Positions 31,180-39,955 of a DNA stretch of 64,000 nt are shown piece by piece; positions within the stretch are counted from its first letter, which is position 1, and every line of letters begins with the position of its first letter. Below the pieces are notes generated by a model that made no database searches, was not told the DNA's origin, and was given only the letters and a program-made list of their open reading frames with translations. A program made the position numbers and the translations under genes. This DNA comes from Flavobacteriales bacterium (lineage in GTDB: Bacteria; Bacteroidota; Bacteroidia; Flavobacteriales_F; PHOS-HE28): positions 4,494 through 68,493 of the forward strand of contig JAGPDT010000008.1 of the NCBI GenBank assembly GCA_018057455.1. The letters run 5' to 3'.

Positions 31180-31196
31180 AGCCATTCCCATGCCAA
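31180..31196 (-). promoter_or_regulatory. Candidate sigma54 (-24/-12) promoter of groESL
   Basis: TTGGCATGGGAATGGCT: GG-N10-GC spacing matching TGGCAC/TG-N4-TTGCW with one deviation at -14. Confidence 0.5.
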
Positions 31197-31284
31197 GCAC
31201 GGGGAACTGCCAAAATGGGGTGCTGCGTGCGGATGGCACCTACTTCTGTCAGGCATGGGCTGACAGGCTGGCCGCACCGACCTG

Positions 31285-31617
31285 CTACTGCCCGTTGGGC
31301 AGCGCAAGGCCCGTGCTGTCGGCAGGCACGGTGGCTGCCCCCGCTTCGGGCTGCTCATCCAGTACGATCGGGGCGTCCAGGTCGTCGGCAACGGCTGAAG
31401 GCGACTGCATGGAGGCTGAAACCAGGCACAGGGCCATGACCAGGATGGCCAAGGTCCAAGTGGCCTTTTCCATGAAATCCGCCGTGCGTTGCACACCGCC
31501 GATCTGTTGGGCTCCGGTAAAGCCGGCAGCCAGGCCGCCACCTTTGGGGTTTTGCGCCAGAACGACCAGGCCCAGCAACACGGCCAGGATGATGATGATG
31601 ATGGAGATAGCGACCAT
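31285..31617 (-). CDS. secG: Preprotein translocase subunit SecG
   Basis: [26 protein letters not shown]; two TM helices. Confidence 0.93.
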   Translation of the reverse strand: MVAISIIIIILAVLLGLVVLAQNPKGGGLAAGFTGAQQIGGVQRTADFMEKATWTLAILVMALCLVSASMQSPSAVADDLDAPIVLDEQPEAGAATVPADSTGLALPNGQ

Positions 31618-31619
31618 GG

Positions 31620-32822
31620 CTACTTGTTCGATCGGCCCTCAAGGGCTTTGGAAAGGGCTGCGAAGTAAACGCTTTTCTCCGGATGCTTGATCGCCAACCG
31701 GTCGTAAACTTCCTTGGCCTTGGTGAAATTGCCTTGTTGTTCGTGGATCCGCGCCAAGGTCTCGCTCACCAGCCCATCGTCCTGCAGGCTGCGTTTGGCG
31801 GCCTTTTGCGGGTTGAAGAACGCGGCTTTTTGCGCGGGTGCCGGTGGTGCGGATTGTTGGATGAACCGGTCCATGATCTCCTGTGGGCTGGCCGCAGGTG
31901 CAGTCGTACGGACCTCCCCAAGGAGGCCCGCCGGTGGTCGGGCATCTGGGGTGGGAGCATGGGGAGCAGCGGTGGCCGCGGTGGGTTGCACGGGCACGGG
32001 AGCTTCGCTGGGCGCATGTTCCAGCCAATCGGTGAACCGTAACCGCACCGGTCCTGCGGGTGTGCCCACCGGGGCCGGCGGTGGCTCGGCGGCTTCCGGG
32101 AAGGCTGGTTCCGGAAGGGGGGGGACTGGACTATTTGGTGCCTGGGCCAGGTGAGGCGTGAATTCCTCTTCCATGGGCAAAGGCACCTCTGGCCCCTGTG
32201 CCGAGGTCGGTTCAGCCCATTGGTCCAAGTCGTAACCTGTGGTGCTTGCGGCCTCGATGAACAACCGGTCCAGGAAGTTCCGTTCGTGGTCCGTGGTGGC
32301 ATCGGTTTGCGTGGCCGATGGTGTGGTGTCCGCGTGGTCCTCCGTTTGGGGAACGGGTTGCGGACCAGCCAAGGGGACCGGCCCGATGGGCGTCTGGGAA
32401 GCTTCCCGGTTCCTGGCCCCGATGGTGAGGTCCGTTGGTGCGGGCTGCCCAGGTTCCGCTTCAAGGGGGCGGGCGGCGGGCGGGGCGGGCGGCCCCGTTT
32501 CCAGTGTTGGAGCCACCGGCCCGGGCTGTTCCACCGCGAGGGCCTGTGGTTCATCGTGCACCACGCGCAGGTTCGTCTGCGGCGCTGGCGGGGTGGCATG
32601 CACCAGGTCGTAGAGCACGTGGCGCGAAGGCAGGTGTGCGGCGGGTTCGCCGGGGCCATCATGGGCCAGCACGTTCCCGGAGTGTTGCTCACCTACGGCC
32701 AGCAACAGGCGGGCGCCGCTGAACCAAGGGAACCGCTGGGCCATGGACCGCAGGCTGTCCAGGTCCTTTTCATCCACCTGTCCGGGCTGGTTCAGCAGGG
32801 CTGTGAGGCGTTCACGGTCCAT
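31620..32822 (-). CDS. Conserved hypothetical protein: N-terminal helical domain, Pro/Ala-rich linker, C-terminal TPR-like helix pair
   Basis: QRFPWFSGARLL; low-complexity middle; SETLARIHEQQGNFTKAKEVYDRLAIKHPEKSVYFA. Confidence 0.75.
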   Translation of the reverse strand: MDRERLTALLNQPGQVDEKDLDSLRSMAQRFPWFSGARLLLAVGEQHSGNVLAHDGPGEPAAHLPSRHVLYDLVHATPPAPQTNLRVVHDEPQALAVEQPGPVAPTLETGPPAPPAARPLEAEPGQPAPTDLTIGARNREASQTPIGPVPLAGPQPVPQTEDHADTTPSATQTDATTDHERNFLDRLFIEAASTTGYDLDQWAEPTSAQGPEVPLPMEEEFTPHLAQAPNSPVPPLPEPAFPEAAEPPPAPVGTPAGPVRLRFTDWLEHAPSEAPVPVQPTAATAAPHAPTPDARPPAGLLGEVRTTAPAASPQEIMDRFIQQSAPPAPAQKAAFFNPQKAAKRSLQDDGLVSETLARIHEQQGNFTKAKEVYDRLAIKHPEKSVYFAALSKALEGRSNK

Positions 32823-32834
32823 GGTCGATCGGCG

Positions 32835-33344
32835 CTACCAGTTGCCCAAGGTACGGTCGAAGATATCCTGCGCCAATTGCTTGCCGATCTCGCCCACCAG
32901 GGCGGCTTCCACCGTGCTGAGGTCCTGCGTGCTGGGATAGTCTGCGAAGCGTGAAACGCTGAAGTCGGCGTTGGCCTTGCTGTCGGCCTTGTTGCTGTAT
33001 TGGATGCTCACGGTGATGGTGAGCCGGTTGAGCGCGGCGGTCTCGTTGGCCTGGATCGCCACGGGCTGCACATCATAGCCGGTGACGGCGCCTTCGTAGG
33101 CGATATCACCGTCGCGCGGGGCGAGGTTCAGCGGGGTTTGGGCCTGCATGAGGTCGCGCAATGCCTCGGTGATGGACTGTGCGGTCTGCGGGGAGCAGAG
33201 CGGTGCGCGGGCATTGAGGCTGCCCACGCTGAGCGTTTTGGCCGTGGCGGGCACCGAACCGCCGCTGAGCGAATAGTTCACCGTGCAGCCGCCCAGCAGC
33301 AACAGGGCCATGGCCCCGCAGAGGATGTTCAATCGATGTTCCAC
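32835..33344 (-). CDS. lptE: LptE-family lipoprotein
   Basis: Lipobox LGGC, YSLSGGS, NRLTITV, DIFDRTLGNW; Bacteroidota operon position. Confidence 0.78.
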   Translation of the reverse strand: MEHRLNILCGAMALLLLGGCTVNYSLSGGSVPATAKTLSVGSLNARAPLCSPQTAQSITEALRDLMQAQTPLNLAPRDGDIAYEGAVTGYDVQPVAIQANETAALNRLTITVSIQYSNKADSKANADFSVSRFADYPSTQDLSTVEAALVGEIGKQLAQDIFDRTLGNW

Positions 33345-34537
33345 TCCTTGATCTTGCGGTACAACGTGCGCTCGCTGATGCCCAGCTCCTGGGCCGCCTT
33401 TTTGCGTTTGCCCCGGTGCTTGTCCAAGGCTTTGCGGATCAGCTCGCGTTCCTTTTCCTCCAAGCTCAGCGACTCCTCCACCTCGGTGTGTTCAACGTCC
33501 TCATTATCGTCCCCGGGCATGCGGATGCTCATGCCGGGCTCGGCCCCCATGGGGTACAGGAGTTTTTCCGCGTAGTTCGCCTGTGGCGGCGGGCTGATGC
33601 CCAGGCCACCGCTGCTGAGCAGGTGTACCTGTTCTTTGAGGGCGTTGAGGTCGTTCTTCATGTCGAACAGGAACTTGAAGATGAGCTCGCGTTCGTTGAT
33701 GCCCTCTCCGGCCCCGTTTTCCCCGCCGCTATGCCCGGTGTGCACCAGGGCGGTGTTTTCCTTGGGCAGGTAGTGGGCCAGGGTGGCGGCGGTGATCTCC
33801 CGCTGGTTCTCGATCACGCTGATCTGTTCCACCAGGTTGCGTAATTGGCGCACGTTCCCCGGCCAGCGGTAGGCGGTGAGCAGGAGGCGGGCATCGTCCG
33901 TCAGGGTGATGGGCGGGGCTTTGTAACGGGCGGCGGCTTCCTGCGCGAACCAGCGGAACAGCAAGTGGATGTCATCGGGGCGTTCCCGCAAGGCAGGCAC
34001 ATGGATGGGCACGGTGTTCAGGCGGTAGAAGAGGTCCTCGCGGAACTTGCCGCGTTGCACGGCCTGCATCATGTTCACGTTGGTGGCTGCCACCACGCGC
34101 ACATCGGTCTTCTGGGCCTTGCTGCTGCCCACGCGGATGAACTCGCCGGTTTCCAGCACGCGCAGCAGGCGTACTTGCGTGGCCAAGGGCAGCTCGCCGA
34201 CCTCGTCCAGGAAGATGGTGCCGTGGTTGGCCACCTCGAAATAGCCCTTGCGGGCTTCATGGGCCCCGGTGAAGGAGCCCTTTTCGTGCCCGAAGAGTTC
34301 ACTGTCAATGGTGCCTTCGGGGATGGCGCCGCAGTTCACGGCGATATAGGGGCCGTGCTTGCGTGCGCTGAAGGCGTGCACGATCTGGGGCATCACCTCC
34401 TTGCCGCTGCCGCTTTCGCCGCTGATCAATACACTGAGGTCCGTGGGGGCCACCTGTGCGGCGATCTCGATGGCGCGGTCCAGCAACGGCGAGGAGCCGA
34501 TGATGCCGAAGCGCTGCTTGATGGGCTGTACGTTCAT
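33329..34537 (-). CDS. Sigma54-interacting AAA+ regulator with Fis-type HTH and no N-terminal sensor domain
   Basis: Walker A GESGSGKE, SELFGHEKGSFTGA, FLDEVGE, RLLRVLE, FREDLFYRL, WPGNVRQL, LGISERTLYRK. Confidence 0.93.
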   Translation of the reverse strand: MNVQPIKQRFGIIGSSPLLDRAIEIAAQVAPTDLSVLISGESGSGKEVMPQIVHAFSARKHGPYIAVNCGAIPEGTIDSELFGHEKGSFTGAHEARKGYFEVANHGTIFLDEVGELPLATQVRLLRVLETGEFIRVGSSKAQKTDVRVVAATNVNMMQAVQRGKFREDLFYRLNTVPIHVPALRERPDDIHLLFRWFAQEAAARYKAPPITLTDDARLLLTAYRWPGNVRQLRNLVEQISVIENQREITAATLAHYLPKENTALVHTGHSGGENGAGEGINERELIFKFLFDMKNDLNALKEQVHLLSSGGLGISPPPQANYAEKLLYPMGAEPGMSIRMPGDDNEDVEHTEVEESLSLEEKERELIRKALDKHRGKRKKAAQELGISERTLYRKIKEWNID

Positions 34538-36021
34538 GCGTGCAGGACCGGTTCGTTCCTCCTGTCGATGGGTTCGCCCTGCAGGGATCCCGCGGTGGCG
34601 CTGGTGATACGGACGTGGACCACATCCCCGGGACTTAATTCCCCAGCGGTCAGTTGTTGGTTGTCAGCTGTCAGGTCGCTTTGGGAACCTTCATCGCCGC
34701 CATCGCCCGGCCTTTCAGCCCGACAATTGCCAACTGTCCGCTGCGCACTGGCCCGCGGCACGATCACCACTGAATTCTGCGTGTTCCGTCCGTACATGAA
34801 TGCCGTGCTGCGCTTGCTCACCCCTTCGATCAGCACTTGGTGCACCTGGCCCACGTAACCGGCCATGCGCTTGGAGGAGTTGGCCTTCTGGGCCTCGATG
34901 ATCTCCGCCAGGCGGCGGCCTTTCACTTCCTCGGGCACATCGTCCGGGTGCTTGCGTGCGGCCAAGGTCTTGGGGCGTTCGCTGTATTTGAACATGAAGG
35001 CCATGTCATAGCCCACCTCGGCCATCAGGTCCAACGTTTCCTGGTGGTCGGCCTCGGTCTCGCCGCAGAAGCCGGCAATGATGTCCGTGCTGATGGCACA
35101 ATCGGGCATGTGGCGGCGGATGGCCGCGATGCGCTCCAGGTACCATGCCCGGTCGTAGCCGCGGTTCATGTTCTTCAACACCGCGCTGCTGCCGCTTTGT
35201 ACGGGCAGGTGGATGTATTTGCAGATGTTGTCGTGCCGGGCCATCACCGCCAGCACCTTGTCCACCATGTCCTTGGGGTGGCTGGTGCTGTAGCGGATGC
35301 GCAAGGTGGGGCAGGTGGTGGCCACGAGTTCCAGCAGGTCGGCGAAGTCGGTGACGGGTTGCGCGGGGTCCTTCACCGTGCCGCGGGCGTCGATGTTCCA
35401 GCGGTAGCTGTCCACGTTCTGGCCCAACAGGGTCACCTCCTTGAAGCCCTCGGCCACCAGTTGGCGGCATTCGGCCACGATGCTCTGCGGGTCGCGGCTG
35501 CGTTCGCGACCCCGTGTGAAGGGCACCACGCAGAACGCGCACATGTTGTCGCAGCCCCGCATGATGGTGACGAAGGCCGTGACCCCATTGCTGTTCAACC
35601 GCACGGGGACGATCTCTCCATAGGTCTCCTCCCGGCTCAACAGCACATTCACGGCCTTTTGGCCGCTGCCCACCTCGTCCAGCAATTGCGGCAGGCTCCG
35701 GTACGCATCGGGGCCCACCACCAGGTCCACCACTTTCTTTTCCACCAGCAATTGCTCTTTCATCCGCTCGGCCATGCAGCCCAGCACGCCCACCTTCAGG
35801 TCCTTGTGGCCGGCCTTCAGGCGGTTCATCTCGTTGATGCGCTGCATCACCGTGTATTCCGCCTTTTCGCGCACGCTGCACGTATTCAGCAGCACCAGGT
35901 CGGCCTCTTCGGCGTTGGCCGCCGGTTCATAGCCCTGTTTGGCCAATATGCTCGCCACGACCTCGCTGTCGCTTACGTTCATCTGGCAGCCGTAGCTCTC
36001 GATATAGACCTTCTTGCCCAT
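34534..36021 (-). CDS. miaB: tRNA-2-methylthio-N6-dimethylallyladenosine synthase
   Basis: YGCQMN, LNTCSVREKAE, GCMAER, CDNMCAFC radical-SAM motif, HLPVQSGS, C-terminal TRAM domain. Confidence 0.96.
   Translation of the reverse strand: MGKKVYIESYGCQMNVSDSEVVASILAKQGYEPAANAEEADLVLLNTCSVREKAEYTVMQRINEMNRLKAGHKDLKVGVLGCMAERMKEQLLVEKKVVDLVVGPDAYRSLPQLLDEVGSGQKAVNVLLSREETYGEIVPVRLNSNGVTAFVTIMRGCDNMCAFCVVPFTRGRERSRDPQSIVAECRQLVAEGFKEVTLLGQNVDSYRWNIDARGTVKDPAQPVTDFADLLELVATTCPTLRIRYSTSHPKDMVDKVLAVMARHDNICKYIHLPVQSGSSAVLKNMNRGYDRAWYLERIAAIRRHMPDCAISTDIIAGFCGETEADHQETLDLMAEVGYDMAFMFKYSERPKTLAARKHPDDVPEEVKGRRLAEIIEAQKANSSKRMAGYVGQVHQVLIEGVSKRSTAFMYGRNTQNSVVIVPRASAQRTVGNCRAERPGDGGDEGSQSDLTADNQQLTAGELSPGDVVHVRITSATAGSLQGEPIDRRNEPVLHA
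34644..34743. repeat. Imperfect palindromic element (about 27-bp arms) inside the miaB TRAM coding region
   Basis: Left arm CAGCGGTCAGTTGTTGGTTGTCAGCTG vs reverse complement of right arm CAGCGGACAGTTGGCAATTGTCGGGCTG. Confidence 0.6.
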
Positions 36022-36033
36022 GGGAAAGGGGCG

Positions 36034-36041
36034 CAAAGGTA
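36034..36041 (-). promoter_or_regulatory. -7 promoter element (TACCTTTG) of the miaB operon
   Basis: Exact TAnnTTTG match 12 nt upstream of the ATG. Confidence 0.6.
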
Positions 36042-36177
36042 CCAAGCAGCCCGCTTGGTGACGATCTGGCAGCGTTTCGGGCGGCAAGGGCCATGTTACG
36101 GGCGGTACGGGCCCATGGTCCGGCCATTCCTGGAAAGGACAGCAACAGGCATTCCAAGCCCGTATACCCCACCCGCC

Positions 36178-36185
36178 TATATTTG
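36178..36185 (+). promoter_or_regulatory. -7 promoter element (TATATTTG) of ppiD
   Basis: Exact TAnnTTTG match 22 nt upstream of the ATG; divergent from miaB. Confidence 0.6.
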
Positions 36186-36207
36186 CCACCCTTTCAAGCA
36201 CAAGTAA

Positions 36208-38304
36208 ATGGCAGTTATTGGAAAGATCCGCGAGCGGGGAACGCTGCTGGGGATCATTGTGGGCGGGGCTTTGGCGCTGTTCGTGGTCGGTGATTTCATC
36301 GGCAACCGCTCCGGTGGCCGGGACCTCAATATGGGGACGATCGCAGGCAATGAGGTCAGCACCCAGCAGTTCTCGGCCTTGGTGGAACAACAGTTGGACC
36401 TCTACCGGCAGAACGGTTCCACGGTGGACAACAACCTGCAGGAGCAGGTACGCAACGGCGTTTGGAACGACCTGCTGCGCCAGTTCACCCTCAGCGAAGA
36501 GGCGGACAAGGCCGGTTTCGGCACCTCCATCAGCCGCGATGAGTATGACGATATCCGCTTCGGCAACAACATCCTGCCGGACTTCCGCAACAACCAGAAC
36601 TTCATGGACCCGGCCACGGGCCAGGTGAGCACCGAGCGACTCAAGCAATACTTCAAGTATGTGCAGGAGAACAACCTTGCACTGTTGGACATGCAGAAGC
36701 GCACCTTCGTGCCCCAACGCATCCAGGCCAAGTACAACGACCTGGTGAAGAAGAGCTGCTTTGTGAACAGCGCCCAATTGAAGGATGAATGGGCGGCCAA
36801 GAACACCATGGCCGATTTCCAGTTCGTGGCCCAGCGCATGGATGCCGAGCCGGACAGCCTCTACCCGGTGGGCGAATCCGAACTGCGCCGGTTCTACGAC
36901 GCCAACAAGAACGACCGAAAGCACCGCCAAACGCCCTCCCGTGCCTTTGCCTATGTGCAGTTCACGGTGGTCCCCACCCAGGAGGACATGGACAATGCCC
37001 GCGCGGACATGGAAGGATTGAAGGCTGATTTCCAGGCCGCCGCCACCGCCAGCGCCGACAGTGCCTTGGTGATGTCCTATTCCGACAGCCGTTCGGCCAC
37101 CCCCACCGCCTACCAGGAGGGAACGGCCGACCAGGTGAATGACTCCCTGATCATCCACGCCCAACCGGGTACCGTGGTGGGTCCTTTCCGCGAAGGCAGC
37201 CAGTTGAAACTGGTGAAAGTGACCGAGCTGGCCGATGTGGAGGAAGCACGTGTGCGCCACATCCTGCTCACCACCCAGGGCAAGAGCCCCGAGCAGGAGG
37301 CCGTGGTGAAGAGCCGGGCGGACAGCTTGCTGGCCGTGGTCAAGCGCGACCGTGCGAAGTTCGAGGCGTTGGTGGCCCAGTTCTCCGATGATCCCGGCAG
37401 CAAGAGCACCGGCGGCGTGTATGAGTGGTTCGACCGCCAGCGCATGGTGCCGGAGTTCACCACGGCCAGTTTCGACCAGCCCGTGGGTGCCATCACCGTG
37501 GCCAAGACCTCCTACGGCTACCACATCGTGGAGGTGCTGGGCCAGCGCAAACGCCAGGAGCGGCGGGTGCTCACCATCGACCGCAAGATCGCACCGGTGC
37601 AGGCCATGAAGGCCGCTTGGAAAACGGCCAATGAGTTCTCGCTGAACCACCCCGACACGGCCTCCTTCCGCAAGGGTGCCGAGGAACAAGGCGTGGTGTA
37701 TACCCCGGTGGACGAACTGCGGCCCGGACAGAGTTTCGTGCAAGGGCTGCAAGAACCCGAGCAGGTGGTGAGCTGGGTGAACCACGCCAAGGCCGGCGCA
37801 CCCAGCAGCGAACCCCTCACCAGCGGCGATAGCTATGTGGTGTGCTCCCTACGGGGCATCCGCGAGGCTGGCGTTCCCCAGCTGGAGGATGTACGGGTGA
37901 AGTTCACCGCCGAACTGCGCAAAGAGATGAAGGCGGATGCCCTTGCCGCCAAGATGCAAGGCCAAACGGACCTGGCCGCACTGGCCAAGGAATTGGGGGC
38001 CACCGTGCAGCAGTCGGGCACTTTGGCCTTCAACGCGGGCGGACTGCCCGGCGGGTACAACGACCCGCGCATCATCGGCCACATCTTCGCCTTGGGCAAC
38101 GGTACCACCAGCGCACCACTGAAGGGTGAGATGGCCGTGTACGTGGCCCACATGAATGCCTTGACCCCCGCGGGCGAAATGCCCGAGGGTGCCGAAGACC
38201 GGAAGATGCTCACCGACCGTGTGCGCAACCGCGCCGCCGGGCAGGTGTTCAACGCCTTGCGCGAAGCGGCAGACGTAACGGACAACCGTTCGCAGTTCTA
38301 CTGA
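36208..38304 (+). CDS. ppiD: Peptidylprolyl isomerase with SurA N-terminal and parvulin domains (PpiD-like)
   Basis: MAVIGKIRER, N-terminal TM; RVRHILL, FSDDPGSKSTGG, MVPEF, KTSYGYHIVEV. Confidence 0.87.
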   Translation: MAVIGKIRERGTLLGIIVGGALALFVVGDFIGNRSGGRDLNMGTIAGNEVSTQQFSALVEQQLDLYRQNGSTVDNNLQEQVRNGVWNDLLRQFTLSEEADKAGFGTSISRDEYDDIRFGNNILPDFRNNQNFMDPATGQVSTERLKQYFKYVQENNLALLDMQKRTFVPQRIQAKYNDLVKKSCFVNSAQLKDEWAAKNTMADFQFVAQRMDAEPDSLYPVGESELRRFYDANKNDRKHRQTPSRAFAYVQFTVVPTQEDMDNARADMEGLKADFQAAATASADSALVMSYSDSRSATPTAYQEGTADQVNDSLIIHAQPGTVVGPFREGSQLKLVKVTELADVEEARVRHILLTTQGKSPEQEAVVKSRADSLLAVVKRDRAKFEALVAQFSDDPGSKSTGGVYEWFDRQRMVPEFTTASFDQPVGAITVAKTSYGYHIVEVLGQRKRQERRVLTIDRKIAPVQAMKAAWKTANEFSLNHPDTASFRKGAEEQGVVYTPVDELRPGQSFVQGLQEPEQVVSWVNHAKAGAPSSEPLTSGDSYVVCSLRGIREAGVPQLEDVRVKFTAELRKEMKADALAAKMQGQTDLAALAKELGATVQQSGTLAFNAGGLPGGYNDPRIIGHIFALGNGTTSAPLKGEMAVYVAHMNALTPAGEMPEGAEDRKMLTDRVRNRAAGQVFNALREAADVTDNRSQFY

Positions 38305-38325
38305 GCAACGCCGTTCACCGGTGAT

Positions 38326-38365
38326 GGACGGGGCGGGCTCGCAAGAGGCCGCCCCGTCCTCTTTT
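38326..38365 (+). terminator. Intrinsic terminator after ppiD
   Basis: GGACGGGGCGGGCTC-GCAA-GAGGCCGCCCCGTCC followed by TCTTTT. Confidence 0.8.
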
Positions 38366-38635
38366 GCCGTACCCATGGAGTGGGCGTGTGTCCATTGCCG
38401 CCTTCAGGGAGCTGGATGGGGCCACCGGCCCCGCATGGCACGCACAGGGGCGGGCAAGCGGTGGCGAATGGGCCTTGGGCGGGATCATCAACAGGCATGG
38501 CACGGACCGTCTCGCCCGGAGGTGATGGGCGGCCATGGCCCATTGTGGAGACCAGCCGACGGACCCGTGCAGGGGTGGCCGGACAACCGGCCATTGGCAA
38601 CGGAATGCGACCACCGGCCCAACGGCCCGGCAAGT

Positions 38636-39955
38636 TCACCGCAGCACCTCCAACCGTTCGGCATCCAGGCGCACCAGGATCGCCAGCAGGATGGTGAAGC
38701 CGATGAGCGAGCTGCCCCCATAGCTGAAGAAGGGAAGCGGAATGCCGATCACCGGGGCCAGGCCGATGGCCATGCCCACGTTGATCATCAGGTGGAGGAA
38801 GAAGATGCTGCCCACGCAATAGGCATAGATGCGCGTGAAGTGCGATCGCTGGCGGTCGCTGATCTGGATGCAACGGAGAATGAGCGCTCCGAAGAGCAGC
38901 ACCAGGAGGGTGGAGCCCACGAAGCCCCATTCCTCGCCCACGGTGCAGAAGATGAAATCCGTGCTCTGCATGGGCACATACTTGTACTTGGTGAAGGTGC
39001 CTTGCAGGAAACCCTTGCCGAGCAGGCCGCCGCTGCCGATCGCCGTCTTGCTCTGTTCCACATTGTACCCGTACCCGCGCGGGTCGTACTCCAAGCCCAG
39101 CAGCACGCGTATGCGGGTCTGTTGGTGGATGGGCATGCGGTCGATCAGCTGGTCCACGCTGCTGATGAAGGCCGCTGAGCCCAGCAGGCCGAAGAGCAGG
39201 AACGCATAGATGCGCTTGCGGCGGTGCTTGAGGATGAACTTGCCCACGAACAGGACGGCCAGCAGGCAGAACACGGCCAACAGGAAGATCAGGAAGTACT
39301 GGCCATGGAACTGGAATCCGGTGAAGGGGAGCGTGAAGACCGATTCCTTCATGATCAGGGAGAGCACCACCAGGATGGCGGCCATGATCGCGATCAGCAG
39401 GATGTTGCCCGAAAGGCCTTCACGGTAGAGCACCAGCACGAATGCGCCGCTCACCAAGGCCGTTCCGGTATCGGGCTGCAGCATGATCAGGCTCACGGGC
39501 AGGAGGATCAGAACGGCGGCGATCACCCGGGAGCGCACCTCCTGCAAGGTCTTCAAACCGCTGAGGTACTTCGATAGGGCCAGGGAGGTGGCGAACTTGC
39601 TGAACTCGGCCGGTTGGATGCCGAAGCCGCCCACGCCGAACCAGGCCTTGGCGCCGTTCACCTCGCGGCCCACCAGGAGCACCAGGAGCAGCAGCACCAG
39701 CACGAAGCCGTACACCGGATAGGCCAGGTCGCGGATGAATTGGCCGCGCACCAGCAGCATGGCCGCGCCGATCAACAGGGAAGCACAGATCCAAATGCTT
39801 TGGGCCCCGTACTCCCGCGCCCGGTCGAAGAGGTTGGCGTGGTCGGGGTCGTAGGCTGCGCTGTAGATGTTGGCCCAGCCCATGGCCATCAGCAGCAGGT
39901 AGATGATCACCAGCGGCTTGTCGATGTTGTGCACGATGTTGTCCCGCCTGTTCAT
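38636..39955 (-). CDS. rodA: Rod shape-determining SEDS protein RodA
   Basis: GIQPAEFSK, QPDTGTA, GYNVEQSKTAIGSGG, TDFIF..VGEEWGF, GIPLPFFSYGGSS. Confidence 0.95.
   Translation of the reverse strand: MNRRDNIVHNIDKPLVIIYLLLMAMGWANIYSAAYDPDHANLFDRAREYGAQSIWICASLLIGAAMLLVRGQFIRDLAYPVYGFVLVLLLLVLLVGREVNGAKAWFGVGGFGIQPAEFSKFATSLALSKYLSGLKTLQEVRSRVIAAVLILLPVSLIMLQPDTGTALVSGAFVLVLYREGLSGNILLIAIMAAILVVLSLIMKESVFTLPFTGFQFHGQYFLIFLLAVFCLLAVLFVGKFILKHRRKRIYAFLLFGLLGSAAFISSVDQLIDRMPIHQQTRIRVLLGLEYDPRGYGYNVEQSKTAIGSGGLLGKGFLQGTFTKYKYVPMQSTDFIFCTVGEEWGFVGSTLLVLLFGALILRCIQISDRQRSHFTRIYAYCVGSIFFLHLMINVGMAIGLAPVIGIPLPFFSYGGSSLIGFTILLAILVRLDAERLEVLR

Noticed and set aside
31139-31284. CIRCE/HrcA operator upstream of groES
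   Set aside because: No TTAGCACTC-N9-GAGTGCTAA present
38366-38635. Intergenic region between ppiD and rodA
   Set aside because: No convincing ORF, repeat or RNA motif
38636-39955. RodA longer than the enterobacterial protein, with extra TM segments
   Set aside because: Typical of Bacteroidota RodA
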